DNA of 64,000 bases from Eledone cirrhosa. Lineage: Eukaryota. Of the stretch, positions 29,866 to 46,220 are shown piece after piece (the stretch's first letter is position 1; each line of letters opens with the position of its first letter). The position numbers and the translations under genes were made by a program. The notes under the pieces were generated by a model that ran no database searches, was not told the DNA's origin, and was given only the letters and a program-made list of their open reading frames with translations. The DNA is taken from the NCBI GenBank assembly GCA_964016885.1, contig OZ024742.1:81220001-81284000 (forward strand). Direction: 5' to 3'.

Positions 29866-30499
29866 TATATATATATATATATCCCAACGCACACATTCGA
29901 GAAATTATGGAATTTGCTACAATTGCCACTGTTAAAAGAATGTTGAGAACATGGTTCATACATAACCCAACATCTGTTTACTCATATAATATTGTATTAA
30001 TGTGAATAATGCATGTCTAAATCTCGGAATGTATATTATAACTAAATATGTGTAGCCCATTTAATATATACACATACCACCTGATATACTCTAGCAAAAT
30101 GAAATTATAAACAATGTACAGACATGATTCAGAAAAATTACGTAAACCATTAGAGGTTAGTAAGCCAAAAACAACATATGGCATGTAATATAAGAAATAG
30201 TAATTTCAACACGGAAGATGATCACATGAAATGTCTGACAAAATAAATTGATACATGACATAGCATTTTAGTTTTCGATAACAACAGGAAGAGGAAATGA
30301 GGAAATAAGATGTGTAAATTTAAGCAAATTACGGTAGAGTAAATTTAACAATATAGAATGTAAGTTCCAGTTATAGCTAATATGATATATATTTGTTCAA
30401 CGTACACATACGTATATATATATACATCTACATACATACATACTTGTTTATATATTTATATATGTGGGTGTTAGGATTAGATGAGCGTATATGCATATG

Positions 30500-30973
30500 T
30501 GTAACGAGGGCTATTAGTAGTGGTTGTTAGATGAAATAACAAGAATAGCTGATTTACTTTATATATTAAAAGGTTTATTTTGATATAATATTTACTCAAC
30601 TTCAGTCAAAAAGAACAATAAACAAGTTACCACGAGTTGCGAAGGTTGACAATGTTATTTTGTTGTTGGTTCATGACGCTGGTGTAATCTGAGACCAAGA
30701 GAGAGAGTGAGTAATGGTCTATGGTTGACTGAGAGTAATGGTCTGTGGTTGACTGAGAGTAATGGTCTGTGATTGACTGTAGCACTCAGCGGCCTGTAGT
30801 AGGTGGTGAATATTTCACATAGCTATACTATAGCATACGGCTCAGATCTATTGTCTGTAACGTGGGAAAATATAGGCTTTATATACCTGTCGCTTTCTGT
30901 CTCCAATTTGGATGGATCGCCCACGAATGAACCTGTCCACACCGAGAGGATGGTGACCTAGATTTTGACTGCA
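30500..30973 (-). mobile_element. Probable solo LTR with an internal 24 bp minisatellite
   Basis: TG...CA ends flanked by TATG direct repeats; minus-strand TATATAAA (~30880) upstream of AATAAA (~30577); gagagtaatggtctgtggttgact x3. Confidence 0.5.
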
Positions 30974-31627
30974 TATGTACACATGTAGGGATACATATAT
31001 ACATACTTCATTATTTATATATGTGTACTTAGCAGTTTAGATTCACATAACAGTTTAGATTTAAACATGTGTTAGAAACTAAGCCGAAATGTGGGTAATC
31101 ATTTTGCGTAATTAACACTAAAGATAATATTGTGATAAAAAGCCATCATATGCAGCGTATAACTGATTAAATCATACTATTTTAAACACATTTTATCACA
31201 CAGTGTATCATATTTAACACTAAATGACTTAAATAAATCAATAAGACAAGTAATATAAATAACATCATGTTTGAGAGTAGTGGTATCACATAGTCATTGA
31301 AATATATTTGACTCGCAAGCCCTTTTGCGAATTTGACGAGTTTAATATAAAATATCATTACAAGGTGTGCGTTTCTTTTAACATCGTGTACTAAATACAT
31401 AATCTTGTTTATATTGTAATCTATGTATGCAAACCTTTGGCACCTGTTCTAAAAGTGTAGAAGCGTTAATATGCTTTAAATGCAATTTAATAACCAAGGT
31501 ACGTCTCAATTTAATATATTATCCACCCATTCTTAATATAATAAATGGTTCTCTACCACACATACACATATACGCCCAAACGCATATATATGCATATATA
31601 TATATATATATATGCATATATAATATC

Positions 31628-32050
31628 TAAGATCAAAAGATGGTTAAAGGAGTTCCATGTATTTTATTATGCGCATTTCAAAAACAAACATCATCATGCA
31701 ATAATATTTGTGTTTTCATCAGATAAAACAGGAGAACATGATATGAAGGCTAAAAAACACTTGTGGATAGTGCAGTTTTAAATCAACATATCATATGTTG
31801 ATTTAAAACTGCACTATCCACAAGTGTTTTTTAGCCTTCATATCATGTTCTCCTGTTTTATCTGATGAAAATACAAATATTATTGCATGATGATGTTTGT
31901 TTTTGAAATGCGCATAATAAAATACATGGAACTCCTTTAACCATATTTTGATCTTATATATTATGTATACTCCAGTCCTACAAACTGTAGAGTGCTTCTT
32001 ATCCGATATCTGCATTGCTTTATTGTACTACAATAAAACTCACCTCCTAC
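31628..32050 (+). mobile_element. Foldback element (centre 31792, ~165 bp arms) with intact HHR in both arms and a ~95 bp tail
   Basis: Mirror ORFs 31545-31781(+) and 31803-32015(-); tail starts tatactccag..gtagagtg; flanked by (TA)n. Confidence 0.88.
31854..31924 (+). ncRNA. Type I hammerhead ribozyme (mirror 31660-31730 on -)
   Basis: tgttttat-CTGATGA-aaatacaaatatta...tgatgtttgttttt-GAAA-tgcgca-TA^-ataaaata. Confidence 0.9.
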
Positions 32051-32055
32051 ATATA

Positions 32056-32132
<77 letters not shown>

Positions 32133-32138
<6 letters not shown>

Positions 32139-33915
32139 AGAAGGTAACACACCAGAGAGAGATATATAGTGCGTTATCAATAATACAAGGAAAAAAACAC
32201 CAGTGTATGGAATCTATAACCTATGAAAGGCAGACTATAGACACGATAATTAAAAATATAAATTAAAGCGTAAATAAATACCTCTATAACTATATAACAC
32301 ACGTACAAATCCAAAGATATGTTTCACAAGAAATGTGTTGAAAGAAATGGTCTAGTCTCGGTTCATCAGCGTGTGTAAGGCCATACATTTCAGACAAGAC
32401 TAAGAGAATTTTACAATTGACTGTCCAGCTACACGTGGGAGAGAGAAGTCACAGCGTGTTTAAGGGCAGTGAACCAGTGGCCTCTGAGAGACGAACTGCT
32501 AGAAAGGGCAGCCCAAAGCCACTCAGAGAAGTGTGCTCAACCAAACAGAGTTAGGAAAGACTGTTGTTAGGAGCGAAATATCACGTTAAATTAACGGAGG
32601 CATAGGCCGTCGTTATTCCCTGTAAATAATGTGCTCAAAGGGGAAGAGATCCTGAGCCCTTTAAAATATAATATATTTTTTCCCTGTATTATTGATAACG
32701 CACTATATATCTCTCTCTGGTGTGTTACCTTCTCAACATATTGTCTGTGGCCTACTCCAGTGCCACGGAACACCCGCCAATCGCCTTACGGTCGAACAAC
32801 GAACTATCTTCATCTTACAGACCCACACTCCCCCCGGCCTGAACTCACCACCCTTATTCCTTTAGCCTTCGACCGCCCCCCTCCCCCCACACTTATCCCC
32901 CACTAACACCACTAACCCCTCCCCCCCTTTTCACCGCCCAACCCACAACTAACAATACTAACACCTCCACTCCACCCCTCATCTGACCACCCTTCCCCAA
33001 CTAACATACTAACATCCCTTCCCTCCCCTCTTCTCCTCCTCCTCCCTCCTTATCACACGCACACACCCACCGGCACATATATACACGCGCTCACACTAAA
33101 CACACACCCTACTACCACCACTAACCCTCACCCCACACCTCTCACCCCACACCTCCATCCCACCACCCCGCAACTAACCTCACTAACACCCCCTAACCCC
33201 AAGCACACGAACACACGCACCCACTCACACCACCCACCCCACACGCAACTAACATCACTAACACCCCCAACCCCACGCACACGTACCCACACACCCTCAT
33301 ACACCACCAACTCTACACACCCTACCACCACTAACCCCTACTCACACCTGCATTCAACCCCTCCCCACCTCCCGTATACTAACACGCACTAACACCTCTT
33401 CATCAAACTACACACACACCAGTACACCACACTCCCTCCATAGAACCACACACACCCTTCTCTCCCCGCTCCACCCACACCCTCGCTCCACACTCACTCA
33501 TCCCACTAACACTCCTACTAATACACACACACACACCACCTTCAGCCCTCCCCGCTCGGACACCCCGTCTCCCTCTCCCCACTCCACCCGTCACCCCCCC
33601 TACACACCCCACACCCTTCCACCACCTGTTTACCCCCCTTTTAATTTCAGTTTATTTTGATCATGCCTTTATTTTTAAATTTATCTCATTCCTTTTATTT
33701 TGATCATGCTTTATTTTTATTTTTATCTTTATTTTTTATTTTTTCATTCGCACCGTTTCCTTTCGCTATATGTCTCTCCACCACTCCCCTACACACCCTT
33801 CGAACTCTGTTCCCACACACTTCGTCCCCCACCAACACCCCACTCTCCAGAGCGTGAAATTAATAAACATTCATTGTACTGCCTCTCTGTTTTGTCCCTG
33901 TTCAAATGTTTCCAT
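32133..33915. mobile_element. PLE-like non-coding element with ~63 bp inverted repeats (32133-32196 / 32676-32738), an HHR and a long C/A-rich low-complexity tract (~32875-33640)
   Basis: tgttgagaaggtaacacaccagag mirrored by ctctggtgtgttaccttctcaaca; (TA)n on both sides. Confidence 0.55.
32297..32376 (-). ncRNA. Type I hammerhead ribozyme
   Basis: acacacg-CTGATGA-accgaga...tcttgt-GAAA-catatc..ggatttg-TA^-cgtgtgt (7 bp stem I). Confidence 0.8.
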
Positions 33916-33977
<62 letters not shown>

Positions 33978-34023
33978 GGTAAAAGCGAAGTAGTTTCAGA
34001 TGTTCAAGTCCTTTAATAATAAT

Positions 34024-34097
34024 GCTGTGATATATATTTCAATGACGACACTGGCCACACTGTTCTGTGTGCGAGTGTCGTGACATCATCAGACAGC
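34024..34097 (-). ncRNA. Type I hammerhead ribozyme in a ~215 bp island between (TA)n tracts
   Basis: gctgt-CTGATGA-tgtcacgacact...agtgtcgtcatt-GAAA-tatata-TC^-acagc. Confidence 0.85.
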
Positions 34098-34247
34098 TTG
34101 TTACATAATAAGGTTGTTTCCGAGGCAATCCAAATTGAATCGACATGGGAACGGACGAAGTTCGTGCCTTTGGGTTTTTCATCCGTTCCCTATATATATA
34201 TAGTGACGAAAACATAAGTCAATTGCATGAACTCATAATTTTTATTT

Positions 34248-34303
34248 ACTGGTATATATATTTCGATGATAGCCATTGAATGGCTATGACCTCATCAGGC
34301 AGT
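34248..34303 (-). ncRNA. Type I hammerhead ribozyme in a ~285 bp island between (TA)n tracts
   Basis: actgc-CTGATGA-ggtcatagccat-tca-atggctatcatc-GAAA-tatata-TA^-ccagt (first stem I pair mismatched). Confidence 0.75.
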
Positions 34304-34484
34304 TAGTAAGTTCTTAGATATACCAGCTCTGTGTTTATAGTGTTGATGGCGTCACAGCCTTGGGACATATGAGGTTGTTAGGAAGAATTTAATGTTGTCA
34401 GTATATTTTGTGGTCCCTATGGTGGATGGTCCACCGGATCCTCTACTGGTTAAGAGTCATCAATACCACGTTTTATTGGTCCTG

Positions 34485-35220
<736 letters not shown>

Positions 35221-36149
35221 GAGTGTATGTACAAGTCAACCAACATAAGACGTTTATTTCTAAATTTTCTAAACTATCTAAGTATTCGACTCAAACCATT
35301 ATTTTAAGTATTACCACCACACATTATTTCCTCAATTTGTATGTGTGGATGTGTGTGTGTGTCTGTGGAAGGGATGTGCACATACACGCACACCCACCTC
35401 CACAGACACACACATATATATATATAAGTTATAACAAAATATTGTTATAGGTAATCCATTTAGAGGTTGTGAATACTTCTAATTATGGATAGTTGTAGCG
35501 TGAACGGCGTTGTTTGACTCAACAGAGGTTTACGAATATGACGAGTTTATGATTTCACTTTTATTCCTATGTAACTTTATCTTGAAGTAATAAAATTGAA
35601 AAACTGGAGAATAACATGATCAACAGTACAAGATATGGGATTTATTTACAGCCTAACAATTGTTTCACTGATAAAGATCTCTAAAAATTACTGAACACTA
35701 GAAGCAGTGCCACTCAATTTTAAATACGATGTTAGCTCGATCAGATCTTCGGAAACTGTAATAAAAAAAATACAAAATATATATAATCGGCAAATTTACA
35801 AAATAAAATTACATCATCAATAATAATATTAATAATAGTGATAGACAGAAAAGAAGGAAGAAAGGGAGATAGATACAGTAAAGAAAGAAAGTAAAGGAAA
35901 AAGAAAAAAATAAGATCGAAAAAGGGAAAGCAGAAAAAGAGAAACTTACATAGGAATACAAGATAAACTTACATAGGAATACAAGTGAAATCCTAAACTC
36001 GTCATATACCTAAACCTCTTGTGCCAACAACTCCCTACCTAAAACTATCCATAATAAGAAGTATTCACAACCTCTAACTGGATTACCTATAACAATATTT
36101 TGTTATCCCTTATACCAAGCTCCCATTAGGTTGAGCAATCAATTTAACA

Positions 36150-38534
36150 CACGACACTAACATGGAAAACGCTATACAGGAATGTCCTTATACCTATAAC
36201 TACAAATAAGGAATATATGCTCGGTATGATACAAAGAACTAATGACTTTACCCGTAGAATCAGATGGAAAGCATTTCTTTACGATAAAGGACATACTAAT
36301 AGTGATAAAAATAATGGGTCTACCAGTGAAATATACGGGTTTAGATCCTGCAAAAATCCAACAAACAACCCGCAACTTGATGCCTTTGAACTTGACCTTA
36401 TGAACAAGATAAAAGAAATTAAATTAAAAAAACGTACACATAACAAACTGCAAAATAACATCAATGCACTACTTAAAAAATTGCGTACCACCAACGGTAT
36501 TATAGTAAAGGCAGACAAATCATCAAATGTATACACCATGAGCCTTAATACATACAACAACTTTATACGCCGGGAACTACATAAAAATTACAAGAAAACT
36601 ACAGAGACTACACTTAATAGCATTAACAAGGAAGGTCTTAAATTAGTAAAAAAAACTTAAAATATGATAGAACCGAGGCTCTAACCCCTTGTAAACCCAC
36701 TTTTAATCTGAAGGATCATAAATGTAACTTCGAAACTAACCTTACTATTAATATTTCCATCGAAATAAGATATAGGCAGAATTAACAAGTTTATACTAGA
36801 TAGATTAATGCTACAAATTAAAGAACAACTAATAATCAAGCTCTGGGGTAACACAAATGAAGCAATAGATTAATTTAATAAATTAGACAATAGTGAATCT
36901 TCCGACTTTATACGATTTGACATAAATGACTACTACTCTTCTATTTCACCAGTAACCCTAAATAAAACACTATCCTTTGCACACAAAAACTCTGTCCTTT
37001 CACCAGATGAAATTAAAATAATACTATCTGCTAGAAGAACAATCATTAAATTCGACAATAGTTACTGGGAGCGCAAAAATAGGCAGAATAACTTCGATAT
37101 AACTATGGGTTCAAATGATTCAGCCCAAGTTACAGACATTGTCGGAATTTATATAGCAAATTTCTGACATAGGGAATTTGATAACCTACAAGGAGGAATC
37201 TATAGAGACGACATACTACTTTTAGCTAAAAACCTAAATAATCAAAACATAGAAAGATTAAGGAAAAAGATTAGAAAATGCTTTAATAATTTAGGCCTTA
37301 ACATCACTTTTGAACCCAACACTAAAAAAACTAACTTCTTATATGTATCGGTTAACCTTGACTCAAAACTAAAAATAATAAAAATTTAGCTTACATTGAT
37401 TACAACTCTAATCACCCTCGATCCATAATTACCTCCATAGTACATAGTATATCCTTTAGAATCTCGTGCCTATCTTCTAACCTAGAGATTTTTAACGAAC
37501 ACGCTTACTAATACAACATAGCTTTACTTAAGGCAAGCCATAAAGAGAGACTCAAATGCATACCAGATACAAAAAATAACAACACACTTAATATTAATAG
37601 CACTACCCACACCTGTAGAAACAACAAATCTAGAACTAAACACAGAAATTGGCAACAAGACGTAAATTAAATTAACAGAATATTAATATAAAGACCACTG
37701 ATAATTATAGAAGATGCAGAAATAGAAACTACTTTTGGTTTAATCCAATGTTTAACTCCTCTATAAAAACAAAATTACGTTATACGTTCTTCAAATTGGT
37801 TGTTAAACACTTCCCTAAATTTCATAAATATCATAAAATCTTTAATAGAAAAAGTATCAAACTATTATACTCCACTGCCAACAACATAGAATCGCACATA
37901 CATAACATTAACTATAAAAGAATTTATAATAAAAGTGGCCTGCAAATAAATACCATAACACCAAATACAAAACATAAACATATAACATCATCACAACCAT
38001 ACACACGTCAGAACACATCACCACAATGCATCAGCAAACCAAATTCTCAGCCCATACATAGCAACCTACAAAACCTTATCGAAGAACCGGCGCATAGAAA
38101 AGCATCTAATTGTAACTGCCATCAACCTGACAAATGCCCTTTACAAAATAGATGCCCAGAGGCAAATATAGTATACCTATGTACTATAAATTCAGGTAGT
38201 TTTGCATGGCCTTACATTGGTTCCACACCTAGGGAGTTTAAGAAAAAGTGGTACGTACATAAACACACTATGATTACCAGGAATCTCTTAAATACAACGA
38301 CTCTCGGACATAAAAGCTGGCAACTCAAGGATGCCAACGTTGAATATAAAATCAGCTGGACGAAGCTATCAAAAGCAACGGCCTATCGAATGGTATGTTC
38401 CACTGCGGTCTCTGTAATATGTTACTTTTCCAAATTTTAAGATACAACAAAACGCTTCTTAACAGTAAAATTGAAAGAACTATTTTCTGGCGACATAAAT
38501 CGCCGACCAAATTTGAGAATTTTAGACCAGCTTA
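36150..38534 (+). pseudogene. Disrupted full-length PLE ORF (N-terminal domain, RT, GIY-YIG)
   Basis: KEYMLGMIQRTNDFTRRIRWKAF, VKADKSSNVY, FDINDYYSSI, MGSNDSAQVTDIVG, IYRDD, CNC..CPL..C..NIVY..YIGST. Confidence 0.9.
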
Positions 38535-39514
38535 ATTCCACACTTATCCATTCCATAAGCCACTTAGATCTATAGTAATATCACATTATCAGCATCATCA
38601 TCATTATGATTATGATTATAATTATAATTGTCATCATCTATCAAAGAACAACATCAAAAGCTCTTATATTTAGATTCTTATTTTATATAACTCTATCTTT
38701 CACTCTCTATCTTTAAATTTCTCTCCCTAAATTTATTTCATCTCTGACATATATTATATCATATAATATAACTTAAAACTAATTAAATAATTTATTTATT
38801 AAAATAACCAATACACACATAAATATATTTAACATTATCATATTTTTACCTTCATATCTCTCCTTATATTTTAACAATTCTCAAAAACCACTCTCAATAA
38901 TTTTATGTTTAAATATTCTTCGCGCATTTTTCTTCTTTTACGTATTTATTTTCATTTTTCATTTTTCAAATGTTATACCATTTTATATCACATTAGATAT
39001 CATTTATTTATTTATCTACTTAGTTATTTATTATTTATTTATCTATTTTTATATATGTTTTATATATTTAATTTTATGTTTATTTACATTTATTCATGTA
39101 TTAACGTTTATTCATTTATTGCTGATATCATTACTTTTCCCTTTATGTTTCTTTCTATCCTACGTTACTTCTCATTATGCTTGTCTCTCCTCTGTCTACC
39201 ATCATTTCCATATATTTTCTTCTTTTTATATTTTTCTCTGTAATCATTTTTTTCTTCTTCTTCTTCTTCTTCTTCTTCTTCTTCTTCTTCTTCTTCTTCT
39301 TCTTCTTCTTCTTCTTCTTCTTCTTCTTCTTCTTCTTCTTCTTCTTCTTCTTCTTTTCCTTCCTGTTTTTAATTTGTTCCTTTCCTTTCTCTCTTTACTG
39401 TATCCATCTCCCTTTCTTCCTTCCTGTCTCTCTATCTTTATTATTAATATTATTATTGATGATGTAATTTGAATTTGTAAATTTGCCCGTTATATTTATT
39501 TTGTATTTTTTATA

Positions 39515-39626
39515 ACATTTTCCGAAGATCTGATCGAGCTAACACGGTGTTTGAAATTGAGTCGCACTGCTTCTAGTGTTCACCAATTTTTAGACATATT
39601 TATCAGTGAAACAATTGTTAGACTGT
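39515..39626 (+). ncRNA. Hammerhead-like motif with U4C core and ~80 nt stem II (mirror 35647-35760 on -)
   Basis: Mirror reads tacagttt-CCGAAGA-t-ctgat...atcag-t-GAAA-caattg-TT^-aggctgta. Confidence 0.65.
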
Positions 39627-39679
39627 AAATAAATCCCCTTTTTTGTATTATTGACGATGTTATTCTCGTCTTTTTCAAT

Positions 39680-41365
<1,686 letters not shown>

Positions 41366-41862
41366 TTGCAGATGTGTAACGAACGAACCTTGTTAGACTA
41401 TATATATATATTTATAGAAATAGCCATCGAAACGGGTGGAGATCTGCCGTCGCGGGGTTAAACATTTTCCTATTACACACTTTACTACCCTAAGTATTGA
41501 ACAATCTGGTGCGTTATGGTCCATCTGTGTCCCTACCACACCTCCTTCGTTATATATATATATATATATATGTATATATTGTAAGAATATTATATATATA
41601 TATATATATATAATTCAAATGAAAAAAATATATGTATATAGCAATATGTCATTAGAGAATCACAGTATTTTCGTACATATATATAAAAAAAATACAATAT
41701 TTAGGACTCAGTATATACTTTAAGGTGGAAAAGCTATGGTGACCAACGATGGCTGCTAGACACTGTACGGCTTAATTCTGGATGTTTGTTTACAAACACA
41801 CCGAGCATTATAATACATGTTCGATGAATCCATACGTACAAATATACATATATGTGTGCATG

Positions 41863-41914
<52 letters not shown>

Positions 41915-41919
<5 letters not shown>

Positions 41920-42608
41920 AGATTTGAATGGATACAGTTTAGTTGAAAGGAATTTATTGACACGTGTTTCTATAACAGTTACATAACCTAAAACAGCTAT
42001 CTACAAACTTTTAGTTATGCAGACATTCAATATTTCAATGTTATTGTTTACTGTCATTTCATCAGAATAATATTACTGAGGACCTATTTAGTTTTTATAG
42101 AGAATATTAGGAGGAAGGGGTGAAGTTGTTAGAAGAATAGTTGAAGGAGTGGTTTTTCGATAGCAGTGAGAATTCTTGGTGGCAGTGATTAATTAGATTC
42201 CCATTATTAGATGGGAATCTAATTAATCACTGCCACCAAGAATTCTCACTGCTATCGAAAAACCACTCCTTCAACTATTCTTCTAACAACTTCACCCCTT
42301 CCTCCTAATATTCTCTATAAAAACTAAATAGGTCCTCAGTAATATTATTCTGATGAAATGACAGTAAACAATAACATTGAAATATTGAATGTCTGCATAA
42401 CTAAAAGTTTGTAGATAGCTGTTTTAGGTTATGTAACTGTTATAGAAACACGTGTCAATAAATTCCTTTCAACTAAACTGTATCCATTCAAATCTTTCTA
42501 TTTTTCTCCGGATTACTTTTGGAACTACAACTGGAACCGTCGAGCAAACTCTACGTGAGCTGATAATCTACTGTGTGTAATATTTATATTACAACACAAC
42601 GGAAAAAA

Positions 42609-42611
<3 letters not shown>
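41915..42611 (+). mobile_element. Palindrome with ~290 bp apparently identical arms, 6 bp spacer (42205-42210), HHR core at 42350-42393 and ~110 bp tail
   Basis: gattcccat-tattag-atgggaatc; CTGATGA-aatg..catt-GAAA-tattgaatg-TC (stem I poorly paired). Confidence 0.85.
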
Positions 42612-42704
<93 letters not shown>

Positions 42705-42819
42705 ATATATATATATACTACTGTACGGCTGTATACATATATGTATGTACGTATACATACTTATATTTAAGTAACAGCCGTACTAAGAGTGAGAAATTTC
42801 ATTTCATTTCATTTTTTCC

Positions 42820-42874
<55 letters not shown>

Positions 42875-43249
42875 GAGACATCTGTTCAATCGTCAACCAG
42901 AATTGATTGTCTTCTGCTTTGTTTTAAATTTCTTGATGTATATTTCTATAAGCTGTTGCCTCGTTTTGGAGGACGGTGGTGTGGGAGGAGGAAGGGGAGT
43001 AGTGAGAGTGGGGGTTGATGTACAGTAATAATATCTCCTGTTCCCCGTCTCTCACGGAAAATTATTCTCTTTCGTCCTCCAGGGTTCCATAATTGATTTT
43101 TATTAAAATCCAATTAGCCAGCCATGTTACTGATTATTACTGTAACAGGTGTGTAAAGCTTCATCAGACTCGGATCATCGGTGTAGGCGCGAACTTGTTA
43201 TACACATATACACAGATACACAGACAGAGATTGCTATTTATATAATAGA

Positions 43250-44236
43250 CTAGCAAAAAACCACCCGGTGGGCTGTTTTCTGCTAGCAAATCTAGTGTAT
43301 ATACTGATATTGTTGAGATTTGGATGAGAAATGTTTTCGGCACCACATGTTCACCGTCTCTCTGTGTGTCTTTTATGCATGTATAAATATATATGTTATC
43401 TATACGGTGAAATCTTTGAAATAAATATATATTAAAACGAAAAAGGAGAAAATAAATAACTGGCGGCTAGAAAAAAATATTCCTATGAAATTTTAATCAT
43501 ACCATTAAGTGTGAATAAGGAAATATTTTTTTATTGTCAAAACAAATGTTCAAAAGTTAAACTTCAATTTTTTGAATTATTTCCAATTTGTTCATGAAAT
43601 TGAACACTGGACATTGGCTGCTGGAAATGGAAATTAACTCGTATTTAATTGTATTTACATTTCTAACCTTATTTTATTATTTATATTTTTTCAATTAGAA
43701 ATTAAAAAAAACAACAAAAATTGAACAAAATAATTGAACAAATCAAACGTAGGTTTTGGAACTGCGCAATCTGATTTATAAATTACCTCATCAGCAGCAA
43801 CCTTCTTCAAATGGTTCTTATTATCAGCAGCAACAACCACAAATTCAATGGCAACCTTCTTCAAACCACAAATTCAATGACAACCTTCTTCAAATGGTCC
43901 TTATTATCAGCAGCAACAACCACAAATTCAATGGCAACCTTCTTTGCATGGTGTCAAGTCAGAACCGCCACGAACTGGTTACTTCTGGCTTGTGCAAGGT
44001 GTCTCTATAGCAACCAGCGATTCCCTCGGCCTCAGTGACCAAAATCAGTGGAGAGGGGAAGGTAATATTTCTGTAGCACGTGTTTTAGCGTCTATTCATT
44101 CTCAACTCTCTCTCTCCTGCTATCCCCCTCTCGTAGTCTGTCTCTTTCCTTTACTCTCACTCTCTCTCTACGCACGTGTTTCCACTGTCGGACAGACAGA
44201 CAGACAGAGAAATTGCTGGTTATATATATAAGTAGA
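43250..44236 (-). mobile_element. Non-autonomous Helitron-like element with internal CAG-rich minisatellite (~43790-43945); abuts the 5' end of another at 43249
   Basis: Minus strand starts a|TCTACTTATATATATA..(ctgt)n and ends cccaccgggtggttttttgCTAG|t. Confidence 0.55.
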
Positions 44237-44290
44237 TAATGACTAGTGTATAGATGTGTATGATTATTTTATTATTATGATTAAGAGGAT

Positions 44291-44728
44291 TGGCAAAATC
44301 GGTAGAGCGTCGGACAACATGGTTTGCAGCATAGGGTTAGGGTCATTTACGTGCGGAGTTCAGATCCCGCCGAGGTTAACTTCGCCTTTCATCCTTACGG
44401 GTTCAATAAAATGGAGCACCAATAATGCATTAGAATCGTTTTAATCGACTTTCCACTTCCCTTAAAAAATTGCTGGCCTTCTGCATAAAATCGAAACAAT
44501 TATTAAGATTAAGAGGATTGGCAAAATCGGTAGAGCGTCCGACAACATGGTTTGCAGCGTAGAGTTATGCCCCTTTATCTTCTGATTTCAAACCTCACCG
44601 AGGTTAGATTTGCCTTTCATTTCCAAGGGGTCGAAATAATGAAGTGTCCAGTAACATACTGGAGTCGGCTTAATCGACTTTCTCTTCTCCAAAACTTGTT
44701 GGACATGTACCTAAATAATTATATTATT
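44291..44728 (+). mobile_element. Two adjacent SINE copies (44291-44503, 44519-44728)
   Basis: tggcaaaatcggtagagcgtc head, B box, Meta-type core, attatt tail. Confidence 0.8.
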
Positions 44729-45087
44729 AATGCATAATTGTCTGTATATTTATGTGTCTGTGCATTCCCGATTATGTTAATGATATAGCGTATTTCCCAG
44801 ATGTGTTTCGTTAAACATGCATGGGTTACTTGTCCGTATATTATTCGCATAGCTTATTGTATTTAACCGTATTTAGGTACAGTCTGATGTGTGTTAAACT
44901 GAAATCATTTTAGTGGACTAAGGTTGGTGTAAGGTAGTAGTGTTTCGTGTATGTGGACCTGTATTTGTTCATGCTGGGTGGAGATTTGAGCTTGTATGCG
45001 GGTATCCTCTTAACGCATTTGAAGAGATTATGTATTTATCCAAGGATTCCAATCCCTTTAAATCCATGAATATATATATATATATAT

Positions 45088-46027
45088 ATAAAGGTTTACA
45101 TATATATATATATATATACATACATACATATACGTGTTTTGCAACGGGTCACTTTGTGGCTCAATGAAAAGTTAATAAATTAAATAATCAGAGCTATAAA
45201 TCATAAAACATGTCTATAGACTCACCAGATGAAATATATACCATTTCCTCTCCCAATTAGCATAATTAACTATAGAAAAAATCGAATAGACCAGGCTATA
45301 AGAATAAGGCTTCTATGAAGAAATCTCCAACAAATAACCGAAACTAGCCCTTCGCGTCGGCCGCGACGGAATATTTATCGAATATTTCGACAGCGTAATC
45401 GCCCAGATACAGTCAATTAAACATAATTAGGTGTAAAATAAACTAGGAGAAAATAGAATACATTTATTTACCTCTACCATGTTTCGTCCGCCTTTTGAGA
45501 TTTCCAATAACTTTGGAAACTCGAGCATCGGACTCTTCAGGAGTTTGCTCTAATCTAGACATTAAATTTTTCAAAGTGATCGCGCCAAGAATTCATTCAA
45601 AAATGGCTAAGAATTGTGACGTAGCAGCGGTCAGGTTGGAAGGAGTGTGGTAGTTGCTTACGGCTGGTGGCTTTTTGCTAGAAAGCACAGCACAATACAG
45701 CCAAATTTGTATCTCAACCTAATGTGAAATTATTACATATAAAGGTTTACACACACATATATATATACATATATATACATACATACATATACGTGTTTTG
45801 CAACGGGTCACTGTGGCTCAATGAAAAGTTAATAAATTAAATAGTCAGCGCTATATATCATAAAACATGTCTATAGAATCACCAGATAAAATATATACCA
45901 TTTCCTCTCCCAATTAGCATAATTAACTATATAAAAAACGAACGCGATTTTTTATATAGTTAATTATGCTAATTGGGAGAGGAAATGCTATATATTTTAT
46001 CTGGTGATTCTATAGACATGTTTTATG

Positions 46028-46028
<1 letters not shown>
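45088..46028 (-). mobile_element. ~655 bp HHR unit plus partial second unit plus short inverted copy (~45945-46028); relative of 1340-2526
   Basis: acgtgttttgcaacgggtcact at 45132 and 45791; foldback at ~45943. Confidence 0.8.
45472..45543 (-). ncRNA. Type I hammerhead ribozyme
   Basis: ctc-CTGAAGA-gtccg...cggac-GAAAC-atg-GTA^-gag. Confidence 0.75.
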
Positions 46029-46061
<33 letters not shown>

Positions 46062-46220
46062 CATCCCAGTGGAGGCGGTATGGACCAGTTTCACTATTAC
46101 ACACCAGAGTACTCAATACTTGATGTAGTAGAGTTTGGATCTAGCCGTTAAAAAGGCAGAATCTTAGCTGTCGGGTTCGTGAACATTTTCATATATTATA
46201 TATATAATGTATGTATATAT

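Larger units (their letters stand above)
35430..39680 (+). mobile_element. Near full-length Neptune-type PLE with inverted 5' pLTR (~35430-35930) and 3' pLTR (~39345-39680)
   Basis: 35597-35900 mirrors 39345-39680; 35430-35495 mirrors 36043-36106; (CTT)n at ~39253-39355. Confidence 0.9.

Noticed and set aside
43756-44010. Gln-rich ORF as a host exon
   Set aside because: It derives from a minisatellite inside a Helitron-like element; no splice support.
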